From assembly GCF_013167455.1 (NCBI RefSeq), contig NZ_CP038328.1: a stretch of DNA of 64,000 bases, one strand, 5' to 3'. The notes beneath the pieces were generated by a model that saw nothing but the letters and a program-made list of their open reading frames with translations, made no database searches and was not told the DNA's origin. A program made the translations under genes and the position numbers. Shown one piece after another: positions 11,433 to 28,212 of the stretch. Within the stretch, counting starts at the first letter, position 1; every line of letters begins with the position of its first letter. This DNA comes from Escherichia coli O157:H7. GTDB lineage: Bacteria; Pseudomonadota; Gammaproteobacteria; Enterobacterales; Enterobacteriaceae.

Positions 11433-12626
11433 ATGAACAAAAACAGAGGGTTTACGCCTCTGGCGGTCGTTCTGATGCTCTCAGGCAGCTTAGCCCTAAC
11501 AGGATGTGACGACAAACAGGCCCAACAAGGTGGCCAGCAGATGCCCGCCGTTGGCGTAGTAACAGTCAAAACTGAACCTCTGCAGATCACAACCGAGCTT
11601 CCGGGTCGCACCAGTGCCTACCGGATCGCAGAAGTTCGTCCTCAAGTTAGCGGGATTATCCTGAAGCGTAATTTCAAAGAAGGTAGCGACATCGAAGCAG
11701 GTGTCTCTCTCTATCAGATTGATCCTGCGACCTATCAGGCGACATACGACAGTGCGAAAGGTGATCTGGCGAAAGCCCAGGCTGCAGCCAATATCGCGCA
11801 ATTGACGGTGAATCGTTATCAGAAACTGCTCGGTACTCAGTACATCAGTAAGCAAGAGTACGATCAGGCTCTGGCTGATGCGCAACAGGCGAATGCTGCG
11901 GTAACTGCGGCGAAAGCTGCCGTTGAAACTGCGCGGATCAATCTGGCTTACACCAAAGTCACCTCTCCGATTAGCGGTCGCATTGGTAAGTCGAACGTGA
12001 CGGAAGGCGCATTGGTACAGAACGGTCAGGCGACTGCGCTGGCAACCGTGCAGCAACTTGATCCGATCTACGTTGATGTGACCCAGTCCAGCAACGACTT
12101 CCTGCGCCTGAAACAGGAACTGGCGAATGGCACGCTGAAACAAGAGAACGGCAAAGCCAAAGTGTCGCTGATCACCAGTGACGGCATTAAGTTCCCGCAG
12201 GACGGTACGCTGGAATTCTCTGACGTTACCGTTGATCAGACCACTGGGTCTATCACCCTACGCGCTATCTTCCCGAACCCGGATCACACTCTGCTGCCGG
12301 GTATGTTCGTGCGCGCACGTCTGGAAGAAGGGCTTAATCCAAACGCTATTTTAGTCCCGCAACAGGGCGTAACCCGTACGCCGCGTGGCGATGCCACCGT
12401 ACTGGTGGTTGGCGCGGATGACAAAGTGGAAACCCGTCCGATCGTTGCAAGCCAGGCTATTGGCGATAAGTGGCTGGTGACAGAAGGTCTGAAAGCAGGC
12501 GATCGCGTAGTAATAAGTGGGCTGCAGAAAGTGCGTCCTGGTGTCCAGGTAAAAGCACAAGAAGTTACCGCTGATAATAACCAGCAAGCCGCAAGCGGTG
12601 CTCAGCCTGAACAGTCCAAGTCTTAA
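11433..12626 (+). CDS. acrA: multidrug efflux membrane fusion lipoprotein AcrA, 397 aa
   Basis: Internal start MNKNRGFTPLAVVLMLSGSLALTGCDD (lipobox) within the 409-aa ORF. Confidence 0.96.
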   Translation: MNKNRGFTPLAVVLMLSGSLALTGCDDKQAQQGGQQMPAVGVVTVKTEPLQITTELPGRTSAYRIAEVRPQVSGIILKRNFKEGSDIEAGVSLYQIDPATYQATYDSAKGDLAKAQAAANIAQLTVNRYQKLLGTQYISKQEYDQALADAQQANAAVTAAKAAVETARINLAYTKVTSPISGRIGKSNVTEGALVQNGQATALATVQQLDPIYVDVTQSSNDFLRLKQELANGTLKQENGKAKVSLITSDGIKFPQDGTLEFSDVTVDQTTGSITLRAIFPNPDHTLLPGMFVRARLEEGLNPNAILVPQQGVTRTPRGDATVLVVGADDKVETRPIVASQAIGDKWLVTEGLKAGDRVVISGLQKVRPGVQVKAQEVTADNNQQAASGAQPEQSKS

Positions 12627-12645
12627 CTTAAACAGGAGCCGTTAA

Positions 12646-15798
<3,153 letters not shown>

Positions 15799-15816
15799 TA
15801 CAACGTGTAATCACTA

Positions 15817-15841
15817 AGGCCGCGTAAGCGGCCTTTTTTAT
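15817..15841 (+). terminator. rho-independent terminator after acrB (GGCCGC-GTAA-GCGGCC followed by TTTTTTA)
   Basis: Hairpin plus T-run read directly 19 nt after the acrB stop. Confidence 0.8.
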
Positions 15842-16343
15842 GCATAACCTACGAACATTAAGGAGTAATTGAACCACCAACTCAGGATCTCATACGAAAA
15901 CCAGTATTAACCACGTATAAAATTCATAAAAAATACTGATTGTTAGTTAATTTATATTAAGTAGCGCTAATAGATTTAATAATCCATAATCATTTAGAGG
16001 CTATTCTTAATTATTTGCGGTAATTCTTTATTCATTCCTCGGTTATTACGTCATATTCAGAGCAATCCTGGTATTAGTGTCACCAATTTCATCTGGCGAT
16101 AATCCTGAAATGTTATGAACAGTTCGAGCAAACTGCTTTTACCTGCTGCGGGTTGGTGCTAGTATGAAAAAGTGAGCCCTGTCCCGCTTCCTTCCTAATT
16201 GTAATTTTTCGTAATAATGCGATGAAAACCTGCAAAGAGTGGCTTATAGTTAAGCTAACAAACGAGAGGGCAAGTCCAGGTCAGTAAGTTTTTTCCATCC
16301 CGAAAGGTGTCCGTTAGTTCAACCGCTAAGAAGGGGACGCGTT

Positions 16344-16718
16344 ATGGATGAATACTCACCCAAAAGACATGATATCGCACAGCTTAAGTTTCTCTGTGAA
16401 ACTCTGTATCATGACTGCCTTGCAAACCTTGAAGAAAGCAATCATGGCTGGGTTAACGACCCAACCTCGGCGATCAACCTCCAGTTGAATGAACTGATTG
16501 AGCATATTGCGACCTTCGCACTTAATTACAAAATTAAGTATAATGAAGACAATAAGCTCATTGAGCAGATCGACGAATATCTGGATGACACCTTTATGTT
16601 GTTCAGTAGTTATGGTATTAATATGCAGGATCTTCAGAAATGGCGGAAGTCAGGTAATCGACTATTCCGTTGTTTTGTCAATGCGACGAAAGAGAATCCT
16701 GCGAGTTTATCTTGTTAG
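16344..16718 (+). CDS. tomB: Hha toxicity modulator TomB (YbaJ), 124 aa
   Basis: [40 protein letters not shown]..; immediately upstream of hha. Confidence 0.92.
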
Positions 16719-16743
16719 AATTATTACAACCATGGGTAGAAGT

Positions 16744-16962
16744 ATGTCCGAAAAACCTTTAACGAAAACCGATTATTTAATGCGTTTACGTCGTTGCCAG
16801 ACAATTGACACGCTGGAGCGTGTTATCGAGAAAAATAAATACGAATTATCAGATAATGAACTGGCGGTATTTTACTCAGCCGCAGATCACCGCCTCGCCG
16901 AATTGACCATGAATAAACTGTACGACAAGATCCCTTCCTCAGTATGGAAATTTATTCGCTAA
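16744..16962 (+). CDS. hha: haemolysin expression-modulating protein Hha, 72 aa
   Basis: Internal start [72 protein letters not shown] inside the 154-aa ORF. Confidence 0.93.
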
Positions 16963-17133
16963 TAAATAATTCGCTTTCGGAGCTATAACCGGCTGTTTAT
17001 TAAGAATTTTATACTTTTTCGCCATGAAGACATACCCTATGTGATCTTTATCACACAGATGTAATGGGAACGTTCTCTTCACTGACTTTTCGTCTTACTG
17101 TGTTGCCGCATTTTCAGCAACCGGAGGTCAGTA

Positions 17134-17685
17134 ATGAGCACAGAAAAAGAAAAGATGATTGCTGGTGAGTTGTATCGCTCGGCAGATGAGACGTTATCTC
17201 GCGATCGCCTGCGCGCTCGTCAGCTTATTCACCGATACAATCATTCCCTGGCGGAAGAGCACACATTACGCCAGCAAATTCTCGCTGATCTATTCGGTCA
17301 GGTGACAGAGGCTTATATTGAGCCAACGTTTCGCTGTGACTATGGCTATAACATTTTTCTCGGTAATAATTTTTTCGCCAACTTCGATTGCGTGATGCTT
17401 GATGTCTGCCCTATTCGCATCGGTGATAACTGTATGTTGGCACTAGGCGTTCATATCTACACGGCAACACATCCCATCGACCCTGTAGCACGTAATAGCG
17501 GTGCTGAACTGGGGAAACCCGTCACCATCGGTAATAACGTCTGGATTGGCGGACGCGCGGTCATTAACCCTGGTGTGACCATTGGTGATAACGTCGTGGT
17601 AGCCTCAGGTGCAGTTGTCACAAAAGATGTCCCGGACAACGTTGTCGTGGGCGGTAATCCAGCCAGAATAATTAAAAAATTGTAA
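17134..17685 (+). CDS. maa: maltose O-acetyltransferase (hexapeptide-repeat acyltransferase), 183 aa
   Basis: [31 protein letters not shown].. with left-handed beta-helix hexapeptide repeats. Confidence 0.93.
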   Translation: MSTEKEKMIAGELYRSADETLSRDRLRARQLIHRYNHSLAEEHTLRQQILADLFGQVTEAYIEPTFRCDYGYNIFLGNNFFANFDCVMLDVCPIRIGDNCMLALGVHIYTATHPIDPVARNSGAELGKPVTIGNNVWIGGRAVINPGVTIGDNVVVASGAVVTKDVPDNVVVGGNPARIIKKL

Positions 17686-17800
17686 TCGGTTTTTCGCAAC
17701 TGTTATGCAAAATTGTGGCAGATCTGTTACTTTCCCTCTACTATTCCCACGTTAAAATAGGGTGTTCCCTGGAAAGTTGCAGATACCACGAAGGCAAACG

Positions 17801-18271
17801 ATGACCGAAATACAACGCCTGCTGACCGAAACGATTGAGTCTCTGAATACCCGCGAAAAACGCGACAACAAACCCCGCTTTAGTATCAGTTTTATCCGTA
17901 AACATCCGGGGCTGTTTATCGGTATGTACGTTGCTTTTTTTGCCACCCTGGCGGTGATGTTGCAGTCCGAAACGCTTTCAGGCTCTGTCTGGCTACTGGT
18001 TGTATTATTTATCCTGCTTAATGGTTTCTTCTTTTTCGATGTCTACCCACGCTACCGCTATGAAGATATCGACGTGTTGGATTTCCGCGTTTGCTATAAC
18101 GGCGAATGGTACAACACGCGCTTTGTACCTGCCGCGCTGGTTGAAGCCATCTTGAACTCTCCGCGTGTCGCGGATGTTCATAAGGAACAACTGCAAAAAA
18201 TGATCGTCCGTAAAGGTGAATTGTCTTTTTACGATATTTTTACCCTCGCTCGCGCCGAATCAACATCTTAA
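17801..18271 (+). CDS. ylaC: inner membrane protein YlaC, 156 aa
   Basis: Internal start [27 protein letters not shown].. followed by two TM segments. Confidence 0.85.
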
Positions 18272-18428
18272 GTTAGGATTACATACCAGGCGTAAAGCTC
18301 TGCGCCTGGTCAAATGACAACGATCGTTTCCACCCATCACTTCATGAAATACCAGCTCTACCTCCTTATCTCCTGCCAGCCTTTTTCCACAATCAGATAT
18401 ACTTTCCCTACACTGTGTTAATAAGGAT

Positions 18429-19985
18429 ATGCTGGTGAGAACACGACATCTGGTCGGCCTTATTTCGGGAGTACTGATTCTTTCAGTATTGCTGCCTGTC
18501 GGCTTAAGCATCTGGCTGGCCCATCAGCAGGTAGAAACATCGTTTATTGAAGAGCTGGATACCTATTCCTCCCGCGTCGCTATTCGGGCCAATAAGGTGG
18601 CGACACAAGGGAAAGATGCGCTGCAAGAGCTGGAAAGATGGCAAGGCGCTGACTGTAGTGAAGCCCATCTCATGGAAATGCGTCGGGTATCTTACAGTTA
18701 TCGCTATATTCAGGAAGTGGTTTATATCGATAACAACGTTCCCCAGTGTTCGTCTCTGGAGCATGAAAGTCCGCCCGATACCTTCCCCGAGCCAGGTAAA
18801 ATTTCGAAAGATGGTTATCGTGTCTGGTTAACATCACATAACGATTTAGGCATTATCCGTTACATGGTCGCCATGGGAACGGCACATTATGTCGTCATGA
18901 TCGACCCCGCTTCCTTTATTGATGTCATTCCCTATAGCTCATGGCAAATTGATGCCGCCATTATTGGCAATGCCCATAACGTTGTCATAACCAGCAGCGA
19001 TGAAATTGCTCAGGGAATTATTACCAGGCTACAAAAAACACCCGGTGAGCATATCGAAAATAATGGAATCATTTACGATATCCTGCCCTTCCCGGAGATG
19101 AATATTTCAATTATCACCTGGGCTTCATCGAAAATGTTGCAGAAAGGCTGGCATCGGCAAGTCTTTATTTGGTTACCGCTCGGGTTGGTGATTGGCCTGC
19201 TGGCAGCGATGTTTGTGCTGCGCATTTTGCGCCGCATCCAGTCACCGCATCATCGGCTGCAGGATGCTATCGAAAATCGTGATATTTGCGTGCACTATCA
19301 GCCGATTGTCTCCTTAGCCAATGGCAAAATTGTCGGTGCTGAGGCACTGGCGCGCTGGCCGCAGACAGACGGTAGTTGGTTGTCACCAGATAGTTTTATT
19401 CCGCTGGCACAGCAAACGGGCCTTTCTGAGCCATTGACGCTACTGATTATAAGAAGCGTCTTTGAAGATATGGGCGACTGGCTGCGTCAGCATCCACAGC
19501 AGCATATTTCGATCAATCTTGAATCCACCGTGCTCACCTCGGAAAAAATCCCGCAATTGCTGCGTGAAATGATCAATCACTATCAGGTTAATCCCAGACA
19601 GATCGCGCTTGAACTCACTGAACGCGAGTTTGCCGATCCGAAAACCAGCGCCCCGATAATTTCTCGCTACCGGGAGGCGGGCCATGAAATTTATCTTGAT
19701 GATTTTGGTACGGGGTATTCAAGTTTAAGTTATTTACAGGATCTGGATGTCGACATTCTGAAGATCGATAAATCTTTCGTTGATGCGCTGGAATATAAAA
19801 ATGTCACGCCGCATATCATCGAAATGGCAAAAACACTGAAACTGAAAATGGTAGCGGAGGGAATCGAAACCAGTAAACAAGAAGAGTGGCTACGCCAGCA
19901 TGGCGTGCACTACGGTCAGGGCTGGCTCTACAGCAAGGCATTACCGAAAGAAGATTTCTTACGCTGGGCCGAGCAACATTTGTGA
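18429..19985 (+). CDS. pdeB: c-di-GMP phosphodiesterase PdeB (YlaB): CSS-motif periplasmic domain plus EAL domain
   Basis: N-terminal TM segment, periplasmic Cys-containing domain and C-terminal EAL region (..ELTEREF.., DDFGTGYSSLSYL); true start may be a few codons downstream. Confidence 0.88.
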   Translation: MLVRTRHLVGLISGVLILSVLLPVGLSIWLAHQQVETSFIEELDTYSSRVAIRANKVATQGKDALQELERWQGADCSEAHLMEMRRVSYSYRYIQEVVYIDNNVPQCSSLEHESPPDTFPEPGKISKDGYRVWLTSHNDLGIIRYMVAMGTAHYVVMIDPASFIDVIPYSSWQIDAAIIGNAHNVVITSSDEIAQGIITRLQKTPGEHIENNGIIYDILPFPEMNISIITWASSKMLQKGWHRQVFIWLPLGLVIGLLAAMFVLRILRRIQSPHHRLQDAIENRDICVHYQPIVSLANGKIVGAEALARWPQTDGSWLSPDSFIPLAQQTGLSEPLTLLIIRSVFEDMGDWLRQHPQQHISINLESTVLTSEKIPQLLREMINHYQVNPRQIALELTEREFADPKTSAPIISRYREAGHEIYLDDFGTGYSSLSYLQDLDVDILKIDKSFVDALEYKNVTPHIIEMAKTLKLKMVAEGIETSKQEEWLRQHGVHYGQGWLYSKALPKEDFLRWAEQHL

Positions 19986-20026
19986 ATTTTTGGGCTGACG
20001 GCACGCCGCACAGCCCGTCACGCTAC

Positions 20027-20380
20027 CTATTCGTCGATGATTGACTCGAATCCGCCATAGATCATTCGCTTGCCGTCAAACGGCATGGACTCGCCGAACT
20101 CTTTCATCCGTGGGTCCGACATCATCTTTTGATTAGCTGCGTCGCGGACCTCTTTTGAAGGGTATTCAATCCAGCTAAAGACAACCTCTTCATTCTCTTC
20201 CGCTTTCACCGCCATACGAAAATCGGTCACTTTGCCATCCGGTACATCGCTGGCCCAGCATTCGACAATACGAAGCGCGCCAAACTCTTTAAACAATGGC
20301 GCGGCCTTAGCGGCCATTTCCCGATAGGCATCCTTTTTATCGGCAGGAACGGCAACCACAAAACCATCAACATACTTCAT
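20027..20380 (-). CDS. ybaA: DUF1428 protein YbaA, 117 aa
   Basis: MKYVDGFVVAVPADKKDAYREMAAKAAPLFKEFGALRIVECW.. Confidence 0.85.
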   Translation of the reverse strand: MKYVDGFVVAVPADKKDAYREMAAKAAPLFKEFGALRIVECWASDVPDGKVTDFRMAVKAEENEEVVFSWIEYPSKEVRDAANQKMMSDPRMKEFGESMPFDGKRMIYGGFESIIDE

Positions 20381-20490
20381 CAGACATACCTCCGAAGCGT
20401 ACTGCGCAGCCAGACAATTCTTGCGACGTCAGTTGTGGTTAAAGTTTAGTCATGTTGGGATTTTTTGACGAAACGGTGGGAGGCAGAAAT

Positions 20491-20604
20491 GGGTGGGGGC
20501 CCTGCCAGCTACATCCCGGCACACGCGTCATCTGCCTTGGCTGCTTCCTTCCGGACCTGACCTGGTAAACAGAGTAGCGTTGCGGGAGAACCAACAGAGC
20601 CCCC
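20491..20604 (-). ncRNA. ffs: 4.5S RNA (signal recognition particle RNA), 114 nt
   Basis: Minus-strand sequence begins GGGGGCTCTGTTGGTTCTCCCGCAACGCTACTCTGTTTACCAGGTCAGGTCCGGAAGGAAGCAGCCAAGGCAGATGACGCGTGTGCCGGGATGTAGCTGGCAGGGCCCCCACCC; lies between ybaA and atl as in E. coli; terminator hairpin and A-run on plus strand at about 20461-20490. Confidence 0.93.
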
Positions 20605-20680
20605 ATTGAGAGCGTTGAGAACCAACGCGCAGGCGCATTATCACTGCTGCCCCGGCTAATTGCAACCCATTGCGTGCCAG

Positions 20681-21070
20681 ATGCTGGTTTCTTGCGCAAT
20701 GCGGCTTCACTCGGGCGTTTTTCCAGATTATGCTGAAAAATTATCTCAGGAAGAAAAGATGGAAAAAGAAGATTCATTTCCCCAACGCGTCTGGCAAATC
20801 GTAGCCGCTATTCCCGAAGGGTATGTCACCACTTACGGTGATGTGGCGAAACTGGCGGGATCGCCCCGCGCCGCGCGCCAGGTTGGCGGTGTGTTAAAGC
20901 GTCTCCCCGAAGGCAGCACCTTGCCCTGGCACCGGGTGGTTAATCGCCACGGCACCATTTCGCTAACCGGACCGGATTTACAGCGTCAACGACAGGCATT
21001 ACTGGCAGAAGGTGTGATGGTATCGGGAAGCGGGCAAATCGACTTACAGCGCTATCGCTGGAACTACTAA
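20681..21070 (+). CDS. atl: alkyltransferase-like DNA-binding protein Atl (YbaZ), 129 aa
   Basis: Internal start MLVSCAMRLHSGVFPDYAEKLSQEE..; methylguanine methyltransferase-like DNA-binding fold with the active-site Cys position not conserved. Confidence 0.85.
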   Translation: MLVSCAMRLHSGVFPDYAEKLSQEEKMEKEDSFPQRVWQIVAAIPEGYVTTYGDVAKLAGSPRAARQVGGVLKRLPEGSTLPWHRVVNRHGTISLTGPDLQRQRQALLAEGVMVSGSGQIDLQRYRWNY

Positions 21071-21102
21071 CCCCTCTCCAGATGGAAAGGGGTTAGTAAC
21101 GC

Positions 21103-21675
21103 TTAGTATTGCGTAGGGGCAGGAACTGCCGAAGATGGATTCACCTGGGTCGGTGAAGTCGATGGTACGGTAGTTGTTGCGCCACCACTGGCCTGGACAG
21201 GCACGGCGGTTTGCTGAACCGGAACCAATGTCAGGTCGGCTTTGGTTCCCCCCTGGTTGATCACCGGCTGAACGGTATCGGTAATAAATACCAGTTTGTC
21301 ATTCACGGTAATCGCCGCACTCAACAGAATACGCGCGTTCGGCTGAACATCTGCCGGGTTAAATGGCAGAACAAAGCTGAATGGTGACTGTTTACCTTCA
21401 GTACGCACCGCTTTCTGCGCCAGCACTTTTGACGGTGCATCGGCTAACGACGCGTCAGAAAGTGTCACGGTCAGCACAGCATCAGGCGGCAGTGCGACTT
21501 TCTGACGGATCCAGACGGTACCGGAGACATTCGGTTGCTGGATAGCAGGTTGTTGTGTTGCTGAAATAGACGTATTTGCAGCCGGGGCTGGCGTCTGAAT
21601 ATCCGCGCTTTTATCTGCGCAAGCCGCCAACGCAATCGCAACCGCTAAACCACTGGCCATGTGCACGAGTTTCAT
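21103..21675 (-). CDS. ybaY: outer membrane lipoprotein YbaY, 190 aa
   Basis: MKLVHMASGLAVAIALAACADKS.. (lipobox LAAC). Confidence 0.88.
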   Translation of the reverse strand: MKLVHMASGLAVAIALAACADKSADIQTPAPAANTSISATQQPAIQQPNVSGTVWIRQKVALPPDAVLTVTLSDASLADAPSKVLAQKAVRTEGKQSPFSFVLPFNPADVQPNARILLSAAITVNDKLVFITDTVQPVINQGGTKADLTLVPVQQTAVPVQASGGATTTVPSTSPTQVNPSSAVPAPTQY

Positions 21676-21892
21676 TCATTTCTCCTTATTATCAATGCAC
21701 CAGCGGGCTAACTTTCCTCGCCGGAAGAGTGGTTAACAAAATAGTAACGTCAACAATTGTGGCACACATCACGCATTTCTGCCTGTAATTAGCCCGTAAT
21801 TCAGACCATTGCACCCATCGGACCAGTAGCAAATTTGCGTTATACTCAACTCACTTTGGCTTGCTGCGGCAGCTTTGTTACTGGAGAGTTAT

Positions 21893-22753
21893 ATGAGTCA
21901 GGCGCTAAAAAATTTACTGACATTGTTAAATCTGGAAAAAATTGAGGAAGGACTCTTTCGCGGCCAGAGTGAAGATTTAGGTTTACGCCAGGTATTTGGC
22001 GGCCAGGTCGTGGGTCAGGCCTTGTATGCTGCAAAAGAGACCGTCCCTGAAGAGCGGCTGGTACATTCGTTTCACAGCTACTTTCTTCGCCCTGGCGATA
22101 GTAAGAAGCCGATTATTTATGATGTCGAAACGCTGCGTGACGGTAACAGCTTCAGCGCCCGCCGGGTTGCTGCTATTCAAAACGGCAAACCGATTTTTTA
22201 TATGACGGCCTCTTTCCAGGCACCAGAAGCGGGTTTCGAACATCAAAAAACAATGCCGTCCGCGCCAGCGCCTGATGGCCTGCCTTCGGAAACGCAAATC
22301 GCCCAATCGCTGGCGCACCTGCTGCCGCCAGTGCTTAAAGATAAATTCATCTGCGATCGTCCGCTGGAAGTCCGTCCGGTGGAGTTTCATAACCCACTGA
22401 AAGGTCACGTCGCAGAACCACATCGTCAGGTGTGGATCCGCGCAAATGGTAGCGTGCCGGATGACCTGCGCGTTCATCAGTATCTGCTCGGTTACGCTTC
22501 TGATCTTAACTTCCTGCCGGTAGCTCTACAGCCGCACGGTATCGGTTTTCTCGAACCGGGGATTCAGATTGCCACCATTGACCATTCCATGTGGTTCCAT
22601 CGCCCGTTTAATTTGAATGAATGGCTGCTGTATAGCGTGGAGAGCACCTCGGCGTCCAGCGCACGTGGCTTTGTGCGCGGTGAGTTTTATACCCAGGACG
22701 GCGTACTGGTTGCCTCGACCGTTCAGGAAGGGGTGATGCGTAATCACAATTAA
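21893..22753 (+). CDS. tesB: acyl-CoA thioesterase II, 286 aa
   Basis: Internal start [47 protein letters not shown].. Confidence 0.95.
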
Positions 22754-22801
22754 AAAAATAGCCGGAGGTGAAAACCGTCCGGCTGTTTTTTGCAGTGCTT
22801 G

Positions 22802-24088
22802 TTATGCGTTATAGGCATTCTCGCCGTGACTGTTGACGTCCAGCCCTTCTCGCTCTTGTTCTTCCGGCACACGCAGACCAACCGTCAGATCCGCCAGTTT
22901 GTAGCCGATAAATGCCACCACACCAGACCACACAATCGTAATGGCAATGCTTTCCAACTGTACCAGCAACTGATGGCCCATCGTCACACCTTCAGCGAAG
23001 CCCACGCCGCCCAGCGAGCTGGCGGCAAAAATCCCAGTCATGATACAGCCGACAATGCCACAAACGCCGTGCACACCGAAGACATCGCAGGGATCATCCA
23101 CCCGCAGCAAGCGTTTGAGCATGGTAACGCCCCACAAGCCCGCCAGACCAGCTACCACGCCGATAATCAACGCGCCGCCAACACCAATGTAGCCACACGC
23201 TGGCGTCACGCCGACCAGACCGGCAATCGCGCCAGAACACGCTCCCAGCAGTGAAGGCTTACCACGCAGCGCCCATTCACCGAAGATCCAGCCAAGAATT
23301 GCCGCCGCCGTTGCGACCACAGTATTCACAAATGCCAGTGCCGCGATTTCATTCGCCGTGCCCGCTGACCCGGCGTTAAAGCCAAACCAACCGATATAGA
23401 GAATGGCAGTCCCGGTGAAGACCATCGGCAGGTTGTGCGGTTTAAACGCCTCTTTACCGAAGCCCACGCGTTTGCCTATCAGATACGCGCCCACCAGACC
23501 GGCGATTGCGGCGTTAATATGCACCACCGTGCCACCCGCGAAATCCAGCGCACCGTGAGAAGCCAGCAAACCACCGCCCCACACCATATGCGCAATAGGA
23601 ATGTAAGAGAGCGTCAGCCATACCACCACGAAAATCAACACAGCTGAGAAGCGGATTCGTTCCGCCAGCGCCCCAACTATCAAGCCTACGGTAATGCAGG
23701 CAAACGATCCCTGAAACGCTACGTGGATATACTGATAAATGCTGCCCATCACCGCCGTCAGTTCGATGTTTTTCAGCATCAACCAGTTAATGTTGCCGAA
23801 GAAGTTGTTGCCCTCACCAAACGCCAGCGAGTAACCGTAAACCACCCAGAGAATACAGACCAGTGCAAACGTCACCGTCACCTGCGTCAGCATCGACAGC
23901 ACGTTTTTGCCGCGAATCAACCCACCGTAAAACAGGGCAATCCCCGGAATAGTCATAAACAGCACCAGTGCAGTACAAATCATCATAAACGCATTGTCGG
24001 CTTTATCGGCCACCGCAGGTGCAGCCATTACCAGTCCCGGCAGCATCGCCAGTGAAGCAAGCCCAGTTTTTATCGTCGCTATCTTCAT
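22802..24088 (-). CDS. amtB: ammonium transporter AmtB, 428 aa
   Basis: Signal peptide followed by 11 TM helices; MKIATIKTGLASLAMLPGLVMAAPAVADKADNAFMMICTALVLFMT.. Confidence 0.97.
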   Translation of the reverse strand: MKIATIKTGLASLAMLPGLVMAAPAVADKADNAFMMICTALVLFMTIPGIALFYGGLIRGKNVLSMLTQVTVTFALVCILWVVYGYSLAFGEGNNFFGNINWLMLKNIELTAVMGSIYQYIHVAFQGSFACITVGLIVGALAERIRFSAVLIFVVVWLTLSYIPIAHMVWGGGLLASHGALDFAGGTVVHINAAIAGLVGAYLIGKRVGFGKEAFKPHNLPMVFTGTAILYIGWFGFNAGSAGTANEIAALAFVNTVVATAAAILGWIFGEWALRGKPSLLGACSGAIAGLVGVTPACGYIGVGGALIIGVVAGLAGLWGVTMLKRLLRVDDPCDVFGVHGVCGIVGCIMTGIFAASSLGGVGFAEGVTMGHQLLVQLESIAITIVWSGVVAFIGYKLADLTVGLRVPEEQEREGLDVNSHGENAYNA

Positions 24089-24117
24089 TTTTCGTTCCTG
24101 TTGCTGTGTGCCAGAGA

Positions 24118-24456
24118 TTACAGCGCCGCTTCGTCGGCTTCGCCGGTACGAATACGAATGACGCGTTGCAATTCAGCGACGAAGATTTTGCCGTCGCCAA
24201 TTTTTCCGGTGTAAGCCGCCTTACTGACGATATCGATCACTTCATCGAGTTGGTCATCAGCAATCGCCACATCAATTTTTACTTTTGGCAGGAAGTTGAC
24301 GCTGTATTCCGCCCCCCGGTACAGCTCGGCATGCCCTTTCTGACGCCCGAAACCTTTCACTTCGGTGACGGTCAGGCCCTGAATACCAATGGAAGATAAC
24401 GCTTCACGAACGTCTTCCAGCTTGAATGGTTTGATTATCACGGTCACCAGCTTCAT
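24118..24456 (-). CDS. glnK: nitrogen regulatory protein PII-2 GlnK, 112 aa
   Basis: Internal start MKLVTVIIKPFKLEDVREALSSIGIQGLTVTEVKGFGRQKGHAELYRGAEY (PII T-loop) inside the 158-aa ORF. Confidence 0.96.
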   Translation of the reverse strand: MKLVTVIIKPFKLEDVREALSSIGIQGLTVTEVKGFGRQKGHAELYRGAEYSVNFLPKVKIDVAIADDQLDEVIDIVSKAAYTGKIGDGKIFVAELQRVIRIRTGEADEAAL

Positions 24457-24508
24457 AGATCCCCTCCGGTCAGAATTCGGTAATGGTTCTGCTACACGAA
24501 GAAGGTAT

Positions 24509-24524
24509 TGCAAGCGGTGTGCCA
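24509..24524 (-). promoter_or_regulatory. sigma54 (-24/-12) promoter for glnK-amtB: TGGCACACCGCTTGCA on minus strand
   Basis: Exact match to TGGCAC-N5-TTGCA, about 55 nt upstream of the glnK start; NtrC-like TGCAC half-sites further upstream (about 24575-24600). Confidence 0.8.
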
Positions 24525-24636
24525 GAAATGAAAAACGAGAAAGAGAGCAGGAAGTTAAGAAGATTGAAAATGAAAACGCACTATGACAGTGCACAGTGCG
24601 TTACATTTTTGCACCAACGATGAGATATTGCGCTAT

Positions 24637-28183
<3,547 letters not shown>

Positions 28184-28212
28184 GCGTTGTGTCCTGACCT
28201 GATTCTGGATAT

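Noticed and set aside
11072-11611. 179-aa minus-strand ORF spanning the acrR-acrA intergenic region
   Set aside because: Overlaps the 5' ends of both acrR and acrA and the AcrR operator; no independent evidence for it and it cannot coexist with the known divergent promoters
15842-16343. Possible remnant of a mobile element or prophage edge in the AT-rich acrB-tomB spacer
   Set aside because: No inverted or direct terminal repeats, no transposase or integrase fragments in any frame; composition is consistent with the native H-NS-bound tomB leader
18429-18434. Alternative pdeB start two codons downstream (GTG at 18435)
   Set aside because: Cannot be resolved from sequence alone; the ATG at 18429 has a reasonable upstream spacer, so the longer ORF is kept with a note
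20439-20777. 112-aa ORF (and 60-aa ORF at 20528-20710) on the minus strand
   Set aside because: Overlaps the 4.5S RNA gene ffs and the atl start region; explained by the RNA gene, not a protein
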